Of a DNA stretch of 64,000 nucleotides, positions 1 through 13,689 are shown one piece after another. Positions within the stretch are counted from its first letter, which is position 1, and each line of letters opens with the position of its first letter. The DNA comes from an uncultured Acidobacteriota bacterium (lineage in GTDB: Bacteria; Acidobacteriota; Vicinamibacteria; Fen-336), in contig OY970399.1 in assembly GCA_963720545.1 (NCBI GenBank), positions 2,528,001 through 2,592,000 on the forward strand. The letters run 5' to 3'. A program made the position numbers and the translations under genes. The notes below the pieces were generated by a model. The model was not told where the DNA came from. It saw nothing but the letters and a program-made list of their open reading frames with translations, and did no database searches.

Positions 1-2021
1 GTGCCCGCGGCATAGCCCTTGAGGAGTGAATTCTCCGACTGATCCGGAACCACGATCGCGTCGAACTTCTGCAGGAGGCCGCCGGCGCGCACGTCGGCGT
101 CGTGCAGTGTGGTGTAGGGAACGTCCATTTCCTTGTCGAAGACGTAGCGCGTCCAGCCCTCGTCCATCGACGCGTCGTAGCTCTGATAGACGGCGATGCG
201 CGGCGCGCGCAGCGCGAGCGCCGGCGGGGAAGCGTTGACGCCGATGGCGATGACGCCCAGCTCGCGTACCATCGGCTGCAGCAGGCGCAGCGCCGAGGCG
301 GGCACCAGCAGCGTCCCGGCGGCAAAGCTGCGGCCCGCCGCCGTGAAGGCTTCATTGGCCCAGCGCACCGCCACCTTCTGTCGCAGCAGCCGGCCGAGCG
401 CCACCAGGTCGCCGTTCTTGTGGCCGATCGCATAAAAGCGGCCGTGGCCCTCGAGCCGGCCGGGGCGCACCGACACGTCCCGCAGCGGCTCGAGCGCAAG
501 CGTCATCGGCTCCTCGACCTTGACCACGTCGACGCCCAGCAGCAGCGGCAGCGTGTGCGCGGTGACGTCGTACGGCCGCTGCGGCGGACCGCCCGGATAC
601 TCGCGCGTATCCGGATAATGCTGGCGTTCGAGCAGGGTGCCGGCGAAGGCGCTCCACGGCTGCGCCATCAGCACGACCGTGGCGCCCGCGCCGATGCGGC
701 GTCCCGCGGCCGCGAAACTGGCGCGCGCCCGCTGCAGCTCGACACCGCCCGTTTTCAGCACCGTGAGCAGGCGTGCCGTAGCCAGGGGATCGGCCTGCTC
801 TTCCGGGATGATGTAGGCGAACGGCGACTGGCGCGTGGCGGCGCGGTTGTTGACCGCGTAGAAGTTCGCGAGCCAGAAGCCGCGGTTGGCGGCGGCGTGC
901 TCGAGAAGCGCGTGCGAGGCTGCCATCTGGTAGTCGACGATGTCGTGCAGCCGCCAGGTGCCGCCCTGCCAGGGCAGGGGGAAGTTCCATGACGCGGTCT
1001 TGGCGTCGTAGCCGATGCCGCGGTGCAGGTCCTCGCGCTTGACGTCTACCGGCGACGCCATCCGCGCCGACGCGCACTCAGTAAGGATGCGCACGCCGCC
1101 GTGGGTGTGCGGGTAGGCCCGCGCCGGCGTCCAGCCGTCGTACATGGCGTTGAGGACCACGCCCGTGCGGCCGGCGGCGATCATGCGCGCGGCCATCGAC
1201 GTGCCGATCGCGTTGCTCGCCGCGATCAGCGCCGGGTCCACGTTCGGTTCCCACGGGTCGACGTAGGGCGGCATGAAGATGCGCGCCGAGTCGCTGCCCA
1301 TCTGGTGCAGGTCGTGCACGATCTGCGGCCGCCAGCGGTCGTACACGTACTTCACGGTCAGCTGGCTCTCGACCTGGCTGAACATGTACCAGTCGCGGTT
1401 GTTGTCGTGGCCGACGTACTGGTTGTAGAGGAACGGGATGCCGCGGCCCTCCCAGGCCTCGCCGAGCGACTTGCGGTACCACTCGGTCACCATCTGCGTG
1501 CCGTCGGGGTTGTGCGACGGCAGCATCACGATCACGGTCTTGTCGAGCACCTCGAGGAGCGCCGGATCGCTGGTGGTCGCGAGCTCCCAGGCGAGCTGCA
1601 TCGAGGTCTGCGTCGCTGCCACCTCGGTCGAGTGGATGCCGTGGTTGTGGGCGACGATCGTCTTGCCGGTCGCGATCAACCGCTGCGCCTCTTTCGGGTC
1701 CAGGCCGCGCGGGTCGGCGAGCCGCAGGTTCGCCTGGCGGATCTCTTCGAGGCGGCCCATGTTGGCCTCGGAGGTGATGATCGCCACCAGAAACGGGCGC
1801 CCCTGGGTGGTCTTGCCCACTTCCTCGACGGTGATGCGCCCGGAGGCTTCGTCGAGCCTGTGGAAGTAGTCGACGATCTGCGTCCAGTCGGCGAGCTTGC
1901 GGTCGGCGCCGACCTCGAAGCCGAGAACGGATTCGGGAGTTGGAATTTCGGCAGCGACGGCTCGCACCGGGGAGGCCGCGGCGAGCAGATATGCGACTGC
2001 GAGACCTTTGAAGGCGCTCAT
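1..2021 (-). CDS. M14-family zinc carboxypeptidase, secreted (3' end runs off the left edge)
   Basis: Manual minus-strand translation from ATG 2021: signal peptide MSAFKGLAVAYLLAAASPVRAVAA, then IPTPESVLGFEVGADRKLADW, IHSTE (HxxE) and VHDLHQMG. Missing from the ORF track, presumably because it has no stop in the window. Confidence 0.85.
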   Translation of the reverse strand, partial: MSAFKGLAVAYLLAAASPVRAVAAEIPTPESVLGFEVGADRKLADWTQIVDYFHRLDEASGRITVEEVGKTTQGRPFLVAIITSEANMGRLEEIRQANLRLADPRGLDPKEAQRLIATGKTIVAHNHGIHSTEVAATQTSMQLAWELATTSDPALLEVLDKTVIVMLPSHNPDGTQMVTEWYRKSLGEAWEGRGIPFLYNQYVGHDNNRDWYMFSQVESQLTVKYVYDRWRPQIVHDLHQMGSDSARIFMPPYVDPWEPNVDPALIAASNAIGTSMAARMIAAGRTGVVLNAMYDGWTPARAYPHTHGGVRILTECASARMASPVDVKREDLHRGIGYDAKTASWNFPLPWQGGTWRLHDIVDYQMAASHALLEHAAANRGFWLANFYAVNNRAATRQSPFAYIIPEEQADPLATARLLTVLKTGGVELQRARASFAAAGRRIGAGATVVLMAQPWSAFAGTLLERQHYPDTREYPGGPPQRPYDVTAHTLPLLLGVDVVKVEEPMTLALEPLRDVSVRPGRLEGHGRFYAIGHKNGDLVALGRLLRQKVAVRWANEAFTAAGRSFAAGTLLVPASALRLLQPMVRELGVIAIGVNASPPALALRAPRIAVYQSYDASMDEGWTRYVFDKEMDVPYTTLHDADVRAGGLLQKFDAIVVPDQSENSLLKGYAAG

Positions 2022-2070
2022 TGGGGCAGACTTCACCATGCCCATTTTGGAAACGCAAGGAGGCCAGGCG

Positions 2071-3237
2071 ATGCGCATGCTCATGCTCGCGGCAATGTCG
2101 GTGTTGGCGGCGCCTTCGCTGCTCTCGGCCGGACCGGCACTCGAGGTGCGCGCGTGGCCCGACCGCATCTATGCCTGGCCGCTCGAAAGCTCGCGCAGCC
2201 TGGGCAGCGTGGTGCTGCACAACGCCGCAGTCGTGAACACGGGCGACGCGGCCGCGACCATCGAAAGCCTCGACATCGAGGTACGGGCGAAGGGCGCGGT
2301 GCTGGTCACGGAGACGATCGGCGCCGACGGGCTGACGCGCGCGGCCGCGCTCGGCTCCGGCCTCGCGAAGGGCGGTCTGTTGCAGCTGCTGGCTTTCCAG
2401 TTCCGCCCGGACGTGCTGCTGCGCGGCGGTGCCTCCCTGAGCGCCACGCCAACGCTCGCACCGCGCACGGCCATCCTCGTCGCGTCACGCTTCATCGCCT
2501 TCCGCGGCACCGCCGACGCGGTGCGGGTGGCGGTGCGGGGCAAGGACGCCAAAGGCGCCGCGCTCACCGCCGAGGGCACCGTGCCGGTAGCGGCGTTCGA
2601 GAGCAAGATCTCTTACTCGTTCCCGGTGGCCGGCACCACCTTCGTCGGCGCCGGCGCAACCCCGCACACCGGCCATCGCTGGGCGGTGCCCGAACAGTTC
2701 GCGCTCGACATCGTGCGCATCGGCGCGGGCGGCCTCACCCACCGAGGCAGCGGGGCGCAGCTGGCCGATTACTTCATCTATGGCGCCGACGTGCGTGCGG
2801 CTGCCGACGGCATCGTGCGCGCCACAGCGGCCGCCGAAGCGGAGTCGGTGCCGGCGCTGCGCCAGCCCGGCGAAGCGCTCGCGGCCTACATGGAGCGCGT
2901 GATCGCCAGCCAGGGCGAGCGGCTCGTGCAAGGCGAGACCGCCGTGTTCGGCAACCACGTGGTCATCGAACATGCGCCGGGAGAATTCTCGGCCTACGGC
3001 CACCTGCAGCCGGGCAGCGTTTCGGTGAAGGTGGGCGAGTCGGTGAAACGCGGCCAGGTGATTGCGCGGGTGGGTCACTCGGGCAACTCCACCGAGCCGC
3101 ACCTGCACTTCCAGCTCATCGACGGCCCGGCACCGCTCGGCGCCGTCGGCCTGCCGATTCGCTTCGACGGCATCGAGCTGCCGTTTGCCGACGGTGCGCG
3201 CCCCATCCAGAGCGGCGACATCGTGGTGGCGCGGTAG
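2071..3237 (+). CDS. M23-family metallopeptidase, secreted
   Basis: AAGGAGG RBS before ATG 2071; signal peptide; GNHVVIEH...YGHL...GHSGNSTEPHLHFQ M23 motif. Confidence 0.85.
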   Translation: MRMLMLAAMSVLAAPSLLSAGPALEVRAWPDRIYAWPLESSRSLGSVVLHNAAVVNTGDAAATIESLDIEVRAKGAVLVTETIGADGLTRAAALGSGLAKGGLLQLLAFQFRPDVLLRGGASLSATPTLAPRTAILVASRFIAFRGTADAVRVAVRGKDAKGAALTAEGTVPVAAFESKISYSFPVAGTTFVGAGATPHTGHRWAVPEQFALDIVRIGAGGLTHRGSGAQLADYFIYGADVRAAADGIVRATAAAEAESVPALRQPGEALAAYMERVIASQGERLVQGETAVFGNHVVIEHAPGEFSAYGHLQPGSVSVKVGESVKRGQVIARVGHSGNSTEPHLHFQLIDGPAPLGAVGLPIRFDGIELPFADGARPIQSGDIVVAR

Positions 3238-3250
3238 GCGCGGCTTTTCG

Positions 3251-4324
3251 CTACACGCCCCAGCCGTAGTCGGGCACCGACTCGACTTCGCCATTCGCAA
3301 ACCACGCCTGCGCCTCGAGGTGCAGCAGGACGCGCGAGGTGAAATCGGCAGTGGTGGCGGTGCCGCCGATGTCGGGCGTGCGGCAGTCGCCGAGCGCCAG
3401 CGTCACTGCCGACTCAACCTGACGGCCGAGGTCGGGGCGGCCGAGGGCGTACTCAAGGAGCATGGCGGCCGAGAGGATGGCGCCCACCGGGTTCGCGATG
3501 CCGCGGCCTGCAATCGTCGGCGCCGAGCCGTGCACCGGCTCGAACAGCGGCGTGCCGTCGCCGAGCGAGGCGGAGGGCAGCAGGCCGATCGAACCCGTCA
3601 CCGCGGCGGCTTCGTCGCTGAGGATGTCGCCGAACAGGTTGTCGGCGACGATCACGTCGAAGCGCTGCGGCGCCGCCAGCATCTCGAAGCTCATGGCGTC
3701 GATGTAGCGGTGCTCGAGCGCCACGTCCGGATATTCGGCCGCGACCGCGATCACCGCGGCGCGCCACAGCCGCGAGGCTTCGAGGACGTTCGCCTTGTCC
3801 ACCGAGGTTACCCGCGAGGCGCGCTGGCGCGCGGCCTTGAAGGCGACGTGGGCCACCCGGCGCGTTTGTTCGGTGGTCTGCCGCCAGGTGTTCCAGGCCT
3901 CGGTCTCGCCAGTGCCGCGCGGTTCGCCGAAGTAGACGCCGCCGGCGAGGTCGCGCACCACCAGCAGGTCGGCGTGGCGGGCGAGATTTTCGCGCAGCGG
4001 CGTCGGCAGCCCCATGTAGCGCGCCGGCCGCAGGTTGGCCCAGAGGCCGAGGGCCTTGCGCAGGCCGAGGATGCCTTCCTCGGCTCGCCGCCCGGAGTTT
4101 TCCCAGGCCGGGCCGCCGACGGCACCCAGGAACACGGCGTCGCTCTCGCGGCACTGGTCGATCGTCGCCTGCGGCAGCGGTTCGCCGGTGGCGTCGATGG
4201 CGGCGCCGCCGACGAGGGCGGGCCGCTCCTCGAACTCGACGCAGGCGCGCAGCACGCGCAGCGCCGCGTTCACCACCTCGGGTCCGACGCCGTCACCGCG
4301 AAGTACGGCAATGCGTGCGCTCAT
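3251..4324 (-). CDS. leuB: 3-isopropylmalate dehydrogenase
   Basis: GDGVGPEV, NLFGDILSDEAA, LFEPVHGSAP motifs; last gene of the leu cluster. Confidence 0.95.
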   Translation of the reverse strand: MSARIAVLRGDGVGPEVVNAALRVLRACVEFEERPALVGGAAIDATGEPLPQATIDQCRESDAVFLGAVGGPAWENSGRRAEEGILGLRKALGLWANLRPARYMGLPTPLRENLARHADLLVVRDLAGGVYFGEPRGTGETEAWNTWRQTTEQTRRVAHVAFKAARQRASRVTSVDKANVLEASRLWRAAVIAVAAEYPDVALEHRYIDAMSFEMLAAPQRFDVIVADNLFGDILSDEAAAVTGSIGLLPSASLGDGTPLFEPVHGSAPTIAGRGIANPVGAILSAAMLLEYALGRPDLGRQVESAVTLALGDCRTPDIGGTATTADFTSRVLLHLEAQAWFANGEVESVPDYGWGV

Positions 4325-4920
4325 GAGAACGAAGCCTCCTCAAGGATTGTCCGGGCCTTTTCGTAGTCCGCGATGCGCTGCTGGTTCTGTTGCAGGTAGC
4401 CGAGTTCGTCCACGCCGTTCAGCAGGCAGTAGCGGCTGAACGCATCGAGCGTGAACCTGGACGGAACGCCGCCTTCGGGCGTGACGGTGAGTGCCTCCAC
4501 GTCCACGGTGACGACGGTGCCCGGCGCCGCGCAGAGCAGCGCGTGCAACTCCGCGGGCACGACCACCGGCACCAGGCCGTTCTTCAGGGCGTTGCCGCGG
4601 AAGATGTCGGCGAACGACGGCGCCAGCACCGCGCGAAAACCGAAATCGCGCAGCGCCCAGGCGGCGTGCTCGCGGGAACTGCCGCAGCCGAAGTTGCGGC
4701 CCGCGACCAGGATGCTGGCGCCGCGCGCGCGCTCGTCGTTGAGGGGGAAGTCCGGACGCGGCGCGCCGGAGGCGTCGTAGCGGCGGTCGGCAAACAGCTT
4801 GTCGCCCCACGTGCCGCGCTCGGTCGCGACCAGGAAGCGCGCGGGGATGATCTGGTCGGTGTCCACGTTGTCGGCGGCGAACACCACCGTGTGCGAGCGG
4901 ACCGGGGCGAAGGCGCTCAT
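4321..4920 (-). CDS. leuD: 3-isopropylmalate dehydratase small subunit
   Basis: [46 protein letters not shown] overlap with leuC. Confidence 0.95.
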   Translation of the reverse strand: MSAFAPVRSHTVVFAADNVDTDQIIPARFLVATERGTWGDKLFADRRYDASGAPRPDFPLNDERARGASILVAGRNFGCGSSREHAAWALRDFGFRAVLAPSFADIFRGNALKNGLVPVVVPAELHALLCAAPGTVVTVDVEALTVTPEGGVPSRFTLDAFSRYCLLNGVDELGYLQQNQQRIADYEKARTILEEASFS

Positions 4921-6299
4921 GCGCTCATCTCCCGCGGGTCGGTGATGCGGCCGGTGACCGCGGCAGCCGCGGCCGTCAGTGGGCTGGCCAGGAACGTGCG
5001 CCCGCCCGGGCCCTGCCGGCCCTCGAAGTTGCGGTTGCTGGTCGAGACCGCGTACTGCCCGGGCAGCACCATGTCGCCGTTCATCGCGATGCACATCGAG
5101 CAGCCCGGATCGCGCCACTCGGCGCCGGCGCCGCGAAACACGGCGTCGAGGCCCTCGGCTTCGGCCTCGGCCTTGACGCGCCGCGATCCGGGCACCACCA
5201 GCACACGCACGCCTTGCGGCACGTGCCGGCCGCGCATCACGCGCGCGGCCAGGCGCAGGTCGGAGAGCCGGCCGTTGGTGCAGCTGCCGATGAACACCAC
5301 GTCGACGGGCCGGCCGAGGACGCGTTCGCCCGGCTGCAGGCCCATGTACTGCAGCGCGCGCACGAGGCTCGGCTCGCCGTGCGGATCGGGCACGGTGCCG
5401 CCCACCGGCATGCCGCTGCCCGGACTGGTGCCGTAAGTGATCATCGGCTCGAGCGCCGAGGCGTCGATCGAAAACGACGCATCGAAGGCGGCGCCGTCGT
5501 CCGACGGCAGCTGCCGCCAGCGCGCCAGCGCGCGGTCCCAGGCCGCGTCCCGAGGCGCGTCGGCGCGACCCGCGAGGTACTCGTAGGTCGTGTCGTCGGG
5601 CGCGATCATGCCGGCGCGCGCACCGGCCTCGATCGACATGTTGCCCACGGTCATGCGCTCTTCCATGCTGAGCGCGCGGATGGCGCCGCCGCGGTACTCG
5701 ATGGCGGCGCCGGTGGCGCCGGCGGTGCCGATGCGCGCGATGATCGCGAGCACCAGGTCCTTGGCGGTGACGCCGGGCCGCAGCGCGCCGCTCGCCTCGA
5801 TCGCGAGCGCCTTCGGCTTGCGTTGCAGCAGGCACTGGGTCGCGAGCACGTGGCCGACCTCGGTGGTGCCGATGCCGAAGGCGAGCGCGCCGAAGGCGCC
5901 GTGGGTGCTCGTGTGGCTGTCGCCGCAGACGATGGTGCTGCCGGGCAGGGTCAGGCCGCGTTCCGGCCCGATCACGTGCACGATGCCCTGGCCGGCGTCG
6001 CCGCGGTCGAAGAGGCGGATGCCGAACTCGCGGCAGTTGGCGGCGAGCGCCTGGACCTGCGCCTCGGCGGCCGGCGCCGTCTCGCCGGCTGTCGCGATCG
6101 CATGGTCTACGGTTGCGACCGTGCGATCGGGCCGCCGCACGCGCAAGCCGCGCCGCCGCAGCTCGGCAAACGCCTGCGGCGAGGTCACCTCGTGGATCAG
6201 GTGCAGGTCGACGTAGAGAATCGCCGGCGCGTGCGCCGTCGCTGCCGCGACCACGTGCGCATCCCAGATCCTGTCGAGCATGGTGCGCGCTGCGCTCAT
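4917..6299 (-). CDS. leuC: 3-isopropylmalate dehydratase large subunit
   Basis: [56 protein letters not shown]. Confidence 0.95.
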   Translation of the reverse strand: MSAARTMLDRIWDAHVVAAATAHAPAILYVDLHLIHEVTSPQAFAELRRRGLRVRRPDRTVATVDHAIATAGETAPAAEAQVQALAANCREFGIRLFDRGDAGQGIVHVIGPERGLTLPGSTIVCGDSHTSTHGAFGALAFGIGTTEVGHVLATQCLLQRKPKALAIEASGALRPGVTAKDLVLAIIARIGTAGATGAAIEYRGGAIRALSMEERMTVGNMSIEAGARAGMIAPDDTTYEYLAGRADAPRDAAWDRALARWRQLPSDDGAAFDASFSIDASALEPMITYGTSPGSGMPVGGTVPDPHGEPSLVRALQYMGLQPGERVLGRPVDVVFIGSCTNGRLSDLRLAARVMRGRHVPQGVRVLVVPGSRRVKAEAEAEGLDAVFRGAGAEWRDPGCSMCIAMNGDMVLPGQYAVSTSNRNFEGRQGPGGRTFLASPLTAAAAAVTGRITDPREMSA

Positions 6300-7788
6300 G
6301 CGGCAACCGCCGCCGCGCGCGCCGTGGCGATCGCCGAGACGTAGGCGCGCAAGGTCGCCTCGATGGTGTCGGTGCTCGCCGCCTGGCCGGTGGCTTCGAC
6401 GCCGCAGCTGCGCACCCGCACGATCACTTCGGCAAGCGCGTCCTTGCCCGCGGTCACCGCGCGCGTGTGCATCTCGAGCAGCTCGAGGTCGAAGCCGAGC
6501 GCTTCGTCGGCCGCCTTCAGCGCCGCGTCGAGCGGACCGTTGCCGACCGCCGAGGCGGTGCGGCGCGTGCCATCCACTTCCACCTCCACTGTTGCGGTGG
6601 GCACGATCTGGTTGCCCGAAAGTGCCTGGTAGCGCACCAGCCGCGCGCGCCGCTCGGGAACGTGCGACGCGAGCGCCAGCAGGTCGTCGTCGTAGACGAA
6701 CTTCTGGCGGTCGGCGAGTTCCTTGACGGCGGCCGTGATCCGCTCGAGCTCGGCCTGGTCCGGCGCCAGGCCGAGGCCGCGCAGCCGCGACTCGACCGCA
6801 TGGCGGCCCGAGTGCTTGCCGAGCACCAGGCTCGACTCGGCGACGCCGACGCTCGCCGGCGTCATGATCTCGTAGGTCAGCGGATTCGCCAGCATGCCGT
6901 GCTGGTGGATGCCGGCTTCGTGGGCGAAGGCGTTGCGGCCGACCACGGCCTTGTTGGGCTGCGGCCACATGCCGGTGGTGCTGGAGAGCAGCGCGCTGGT
7001 CGGGGCCAGCAGCTCGGTGCGCACGCCGGTGTCGAAGCCGAGCGTGTCGCGGCGGATCTTGAGCGCCATGACGATCTCCTCGAGCGAGGCGTTGCCGGCG
7101 CGTTCGCCGATGCCGTTGATGGTGCACTCCACCTGCCGTGCTCCGGCAACCACCGCGGCGATCGAGTTGGCGGCGGCGAGGCCGAGATCGTCGTGGCAAT
7201 GCACCGAGATCACGGCATCGGGAAGGTCGCGCACCAGCTTGCCCACCATCTCCGCGTACTCGTGCGGCAGCGAGTAGCCGACGGTGTCGGGCACGTTGAG
7301 GGTGCGCGCGCCCGCGGCGAACACCGCCTGCAGCACTTCGCGCAGGTAGCCGTAGTCGGTGCGCGACGCGTCCTCCGCGGAGAACTCCACTTCCGGCGCC
7401 AGCGTGCGCGCGAGCGTCACGCCCGCGACCGCCTGGCGCAGCGCTTCCTCCGGAGAGGTCTTGAGCTTGTACTTGAGGTGCAGCGCCGAGGTGGCGAGGA
7501 AGGTGTGGATCACCGGCTGGCGGGCGTTGCGCAAGGCGCCGCCCGCGGCCGTGATGTCTTCGGGCTTGGCGCGGCACAGGGCCGCCACCCGCACCGTCTT
7601 CACTGCCTCGCTGACCGCCTGCACCGCCTCCATCTCGGCCGGCGAGGCGATGGGGAAGCCTGCCTCGATGATGTCCACGCCGAGCTTCTCGAGCGAGTGT
7701 GCCAGACGCACCTTCTCGGCGGGATGCATGCTGCAGCCGGGCGACTGTTCGCCGTCCCGGAGGGTGGTGTCGAAGATGGTGATGCGTG

Positions 7789-7792
<4 letters not shown>
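6296..7792 (-). CDS. leuA: 2-isopropylmalate synthase
   Basis: [51 protein letters not shown]-terminal GNGPLDA regulatory domain. Confidence 0.95.
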
Positions 7793-8847
<1,055 letters not shown>

Positions 8848-8861
8848 TTCAAGTCCTCCGG

Positions 8862-9413
8862 TTAAACGCTGCAGGCGATGGTGCCGTCGTCCACCGCGCC
8901 GGTGCGGACTGGCGCTGCGACGGCGTCGAATTTCGGGTTGCCCTGGCCGCGCACCATGGCGAGCCGGCCGGTGCGCACCATCTCGAGGACCCCGTAGGGC
9001 TCGAGCACTTCCACGAGGCTGTCGATCTTGTCCTCGGTGCCGGTGATCTCGACGATCAGCGAATCGGGGGAGATGTCCACCACCCGCGCGCGATAGACGT
9101 CGACGATCTGCATCACTCCGCTGCGGGTTGCGGCATCGGCGCGCACCTTGACGAGGGCCAGGTCGCGCAGCACCGACGGCCGTTCGGTGACGTCGTCCAC
9201 CCTCAGCACGTAGACGACCTTGTAGAGGTTGGCGGCGAGCCGGCGCGCGCCGGCGCCGTCGGTGTCGACCACGATCGTCATGCGCGAGACGCCGGGCACG
9301 TCGGTGTGGCCGACGGTCAGCGACTCGATGTTGAAGGCGCGCCGCCGCATCAGCGACGACACGCGGGTGAGGACGCCAGGCTTGTTCTCGACGTCTACGA
9401 CGAGGGTGATCAT
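8862..9413 (-). CDS. ilvN: acetolactate synthase small (regulatory) subunit
   Basis: ACT domain [29 protein letters not shown]-terminal EMVRTG. Confidence 0.92.
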   Translation of the reverse strand: MITLVVDVENKPGVLTRVSSLMRRRAFNIESLTVGHTDVPGVSRMTIVVDTDGAGARRLAANLYKVVYVLRVDDVTERPSVLRDLALVKVRADAATRSGVMQIVDVYRARVVDISPDSLIVEITGTEDKIDSLVEVLEPYGVLEMVRTGRLAMVRGQGNPKFDAVAAPVRTGAVDDGTIACSV

Positions 9414-11110
9414 GCGTCGGCTCCGGTTTCTGCCAGGGGCGTGGGACGGCGAATCATGGCCGCGAGGTCGGCGCCGGCCGGGACCATCGGATAAACCGAG
9501 TCCTCCTGCTCGACGCGGAAGTCGATGATGAAGGCGCCGCTGGCGGCACGCGCACGCGCGATCGCGGGCAGCACTTCGGCGCGCGTCGTGACCGTGACGC
9601 CCGCGATGCCGTACGCGGCCGCGAGCGCCACGAAGTCGGGCGAGAGCAGCGGCGTCGCGGCGTAGCGCTTCTCGTAGAAGAACTCCTGCCACTGGCGCAC
9701 CATGCCGAGATAGCCGTTGTTCACCACTGCGATATTGAGCCGCAGCCCTTCCTGCTTGAGCGTTGCCAGCTCGCAGAGCGTCATCTGGAAGCCGCCGTCG
9801 CCCGCCACCACCCACACTTCCGCATCGGGCCGCGCCACCCTGGCGCCGATCGCGGCCGGCAGCGCGAAGCCCATGGTGCCGAGCCCGCCCGAAGTGACCA
9901 GCGTGCGCGGCTGTTCGTGGTGGTAGTACTGCGCCTCCCACATCTGGTGCTGACCGACGTCCGTCACCACGATGGCGCCGCCGCCGGTCGCGCGCCACAG
10001 GTCATGGATGACGTGCGCGGCGTAGAGGTGGCCGTCGTCGGGCAGGTTCTGGATGTCGCGCACCGCGGCGTCGCCGCGCAGCGCCGCGATATGCGCGCTC
10101 CATGCGGCGCGGCCGCCCTGCGGCATGTCGGGCAGCAGCGTCTCGAGCACCTCGCGCAGGTCGCCGACCAGGCCGACGTCGACGGCGACCACCTTGCCGA
10201 TCTCGGCCGGGTCGATGTCCACGTGAATCTTCTTCGCCTGCTTCGCGTAGCTCGCGAGGTTGCCGGTGACGCGATCGTCGAAGCGCATGCCGAAGGCGAG
10301 CAGCAGGTCGGCGTCCTGGATCGCATGGTTGACCCAGGCCTCGCCGTGCATGCCCATCATCCCGAGGTTCTGCGGGTGCGAGGCGGGGAAGCCGCCGATG
10401 CCCAGCAGCGTCATCGCCACCGGGATGCCGGTGCGTTCGGCGAACGCACGCAGCGCCTGCTCGGCGCCGGAGAGCGAGACGCCGTGCCCGGCGAGGATCA
10501 CCGGCCGCTCCGCGGCGTGGATCAGGTCGATGGCGCGGTGCCTTTCGGCAGCGCTTGGCGAATGATCGGGACGGTAGCCGCGCAGCCGCGGCGCGTCGGG
10601 CCAGGCGAACTCGCAGGTCCCCTGCTGCGCGTCCTTGGTGATGTCCACGAGCACCGGGCCCGGACGGCCGGAGCGCGCGACGTAGAACGCCTCGCGGATC
10701 ACCCCCGCCACGTCCTCGGCGCGGGTGACGAGGTAGTTGTGCTTGGTGATCGGGATGGTGATGCCGGTGATGTCCGTCTCCTGGAAGGCGTCGGTGCCGA
10801 GGAGACGCGAGCCGACCTGGCCGGTGATGCACACGATCGGCGAGGAATCCATCATCGCGGTGGCAATGCCGGTGACCATGTTGGTGGCGCCCGGCCCCGA
10901 GGTCGCGATCGCGACGCCGACCTTGCCGGTGGCCCGCGCGTAGCCGTCAGCCATGTGGGTCGCGCCCTGCTCATGGCGCACGAGGATGTGGCGAATGGGG
11001 AAGCGGAGCATCGCGTCGTACGCCGGCAGGATGGCGCCGCCCGGATACCCGAAGACGGTATCGACGCCTTCCCTCACCAGCGACTCCCAGAGGACTTCCG
11101 CGCCCTTCAT
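9410..11110 (-). CDS. ilvB: acetolactate synthase large subunit, biosynthetic
   Basis: [49 protein letters not shown]...[12 protein letters not shown]. Confidence 0.95.
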   Translation of the reverse strand: MKGAEVLWESLVREGVDTVFGYPGGAILPAYDAMLRFPIRHILVRHEQGATHMADGYARATGKVGVAIATSGPGATNMVTGIATAMMDSSPIVCITGQVGSRLLGTDAFQETDITGITIPITKHNYLVTRAEDVAGVIREAFYVARSGRPGPVLVDITKDAQQGTCEFAWPDAPRLRGYRPDHSPSAAERHRAIDLIHAAERPVILAGHGVSLSGAEQALRAFAERTGIPVAMTLLGIGGFPASHPQNLGMMGMHGEAWVNHAIQDADLLLAFGMRFDDRVTGNLASYAKQAKKIHVDIDPAEIGKVVAVDVGLVGDLREVLETLLPDMPQGGRAAWSAHIAALRGDAAVRDIQNLPDDGHLYAAHVIHDLWRATGGGAIVVTDVGQHQMWEAQYYHHEQPRTLVTSGGLGTMGFALPAAIGARVARPDAEVWVVAGDGGFQMTLCELATLKQEGLRLNIAVVNNGYLGMVRQWQEFFYEKRYAATPLLSPDFVALAAAYGIAGVTVTTRAEVLPAIARARAASGAFIIDFRVEQEDSVYPMVPAGADLAAMIRRPTPLAETGADA

Positions 11111-11125
11111 CAAGAAACACCCCCT

Positions 11126-11160
11126 AAAAAGCAAAAACCCCGAGGTTTCCCTCGGGGTTC
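11126..11160 (-). terminator. attenuator terminator of the ilvBNC-leu operon
   Basis: Minus strand AACCCCGAGG-GAAA-CCTCGGGGTT (10-bp stem) followed by TTTGCTTTTT, just upstream of ilvB. Confidence 0.9.
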
Positions 11161-11188
11161 GCTGATCTTTCCGCCCGGCCTCTTTGGC

Positions 11189-11302
11189 CTAGATCACCGA
11201 ACCCCCTCGCAGAGGAATGGAGATCAGGACCAGCAGCAGCAGGGACACCAGTTCCCGGGTCTGGGCCGGGAGCGCGGTGGCGAGCTGGTGGCGGTTGGAC
11301 AT
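11189..11302 (-). CDS. branched-chain amino acid leader peptide (37 aa)
   Basis: MSNRHQLATALPAQTRELVSLLLLVLISIPLRGGSVI*; Leu/Val/Ile run; its 3' end GGGGTTCG-G-TGATCT can pair with AGATCA-G-CGAACCCC, overlapping the terminator 5' arm (antiterminator). Confidence 0.85.
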   Translation of the reverse strand: MSNRHQLATALPAQTRELVSLLLLVLISIPLRGGSVI

Positions 11303-11314
11303 GACGAAGACCGG

Positions 11315-11340
11315 ACCCTAACTCCGTGCCCGCGCGCTTG

Positions 11341-11344
<4 letters not shown>
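11315..11344 (-). promoter_or_regulatory. sigma70-type promoter of the ilv leader
   Basis: TTGACA (11344-11339, overlapping the ilvD stop)-18 bp-TAGGGT (11320-11315). Confidence 0.6.
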
Positions 11345-13032
<1,688 letters not shown>

Positions 13033-13070
13033 CGCGGAAGCGAGAGTATACGCATCGTTTTACGTCTTGC

Positions 13071-13086
13071 GGGCACACATGTTGCA
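13071..13086 (+). promoter_or_regulatory. possible sigma54 (-24/-12) promoter
   Basis: GGGCACACATGTTGCA fits GG-N10-GC of the TGGCAC-N5-TTGCA consensus, about 65 bp upstream of the Rieske gene. Confidence 0.45.
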
Positions 13087-13149
13087 CCTCACCGCGCATC
13101 AGCCGCGGGATTCCTGCGCAGTGGACACCCTCAGTCCTGGAGGTCGAGC

Positions 13150-13677
13150 GTGGCGCGTGACGAAACCGAAACCGAAACCGAAACCGAAGCCGGAGCAGAA
13201 GCCACGCGGCGCGAGTTCTGCGCCGTCGCCTGCCGCGGCGCATCCGCTGCGGCACTGAGCGGCACCCTGCTCACGTTCCTGCAAGCCTGCGGCGGCGGCG
13301 GGGGCGGCGACGGAGTCTCACAGCCCAGCAACACGTCGCTCCTCGCCATGCTCACGGCCTCGGTCAGCGGCAACACCGCAAGCGTCAACGTCGGCGCGGG
13401 TACGGCGCTCGCGAATCCGGGCTCCGCCGCGCTGGTGAGCGCCGGCGCGACACCGCTGCTCGTGTCGCGCACCAGCGCCACCACGTTCGTCGCGCTCACC
13501 GCGATCTGCACGCACGAACGCTGCACCATCACCGGCATCTCCGGCAGCACGTACGTGTGCCCGTGCCACGGCTCGCAATACAGCACCGCCGGCACGCGGC
13601 TCGCCGGCCCCGCGCCGTCGAACCTGCGGCAGTTTCCCGCGTCGCTCAGCGGCGATACGCTGTCGATAACGCTCTAG
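13150..13677 (+). CDS. Rieske [2Fe-2S] protein, Tat-exported probable lipoprotein
   Basis: GGAGG RBS and GTG 13150; TRREFC twin-arginine motif; LQAC lipobox; CTHERC...CPCHGSQY Rieske ligands; GPAPSNL. Confidence 0.88.
   Translation: MARDETETETETEAGAEATRREFCAVACRGASAAALSGTLLTFLQACGGGGGGDGVSQPSNTSLLAMLTASVSGNTASVNVGAGTALANPGSAALVSAGATPLLVSRTSATTFVALTAICTHERCTITGISGSTYVCPCHGSQYSTAGTRLAGPAPSNLRQFPASLSGDTLSITL
13162..13185 (+). repeat. in-frame hexanucleotide repeat (GAAACC)x4
   Basis: Encodes ETETETET just before the Tat motif. Confidence 0.9.
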
Positions 13678-13689
13678 GAGAACCCGCAA

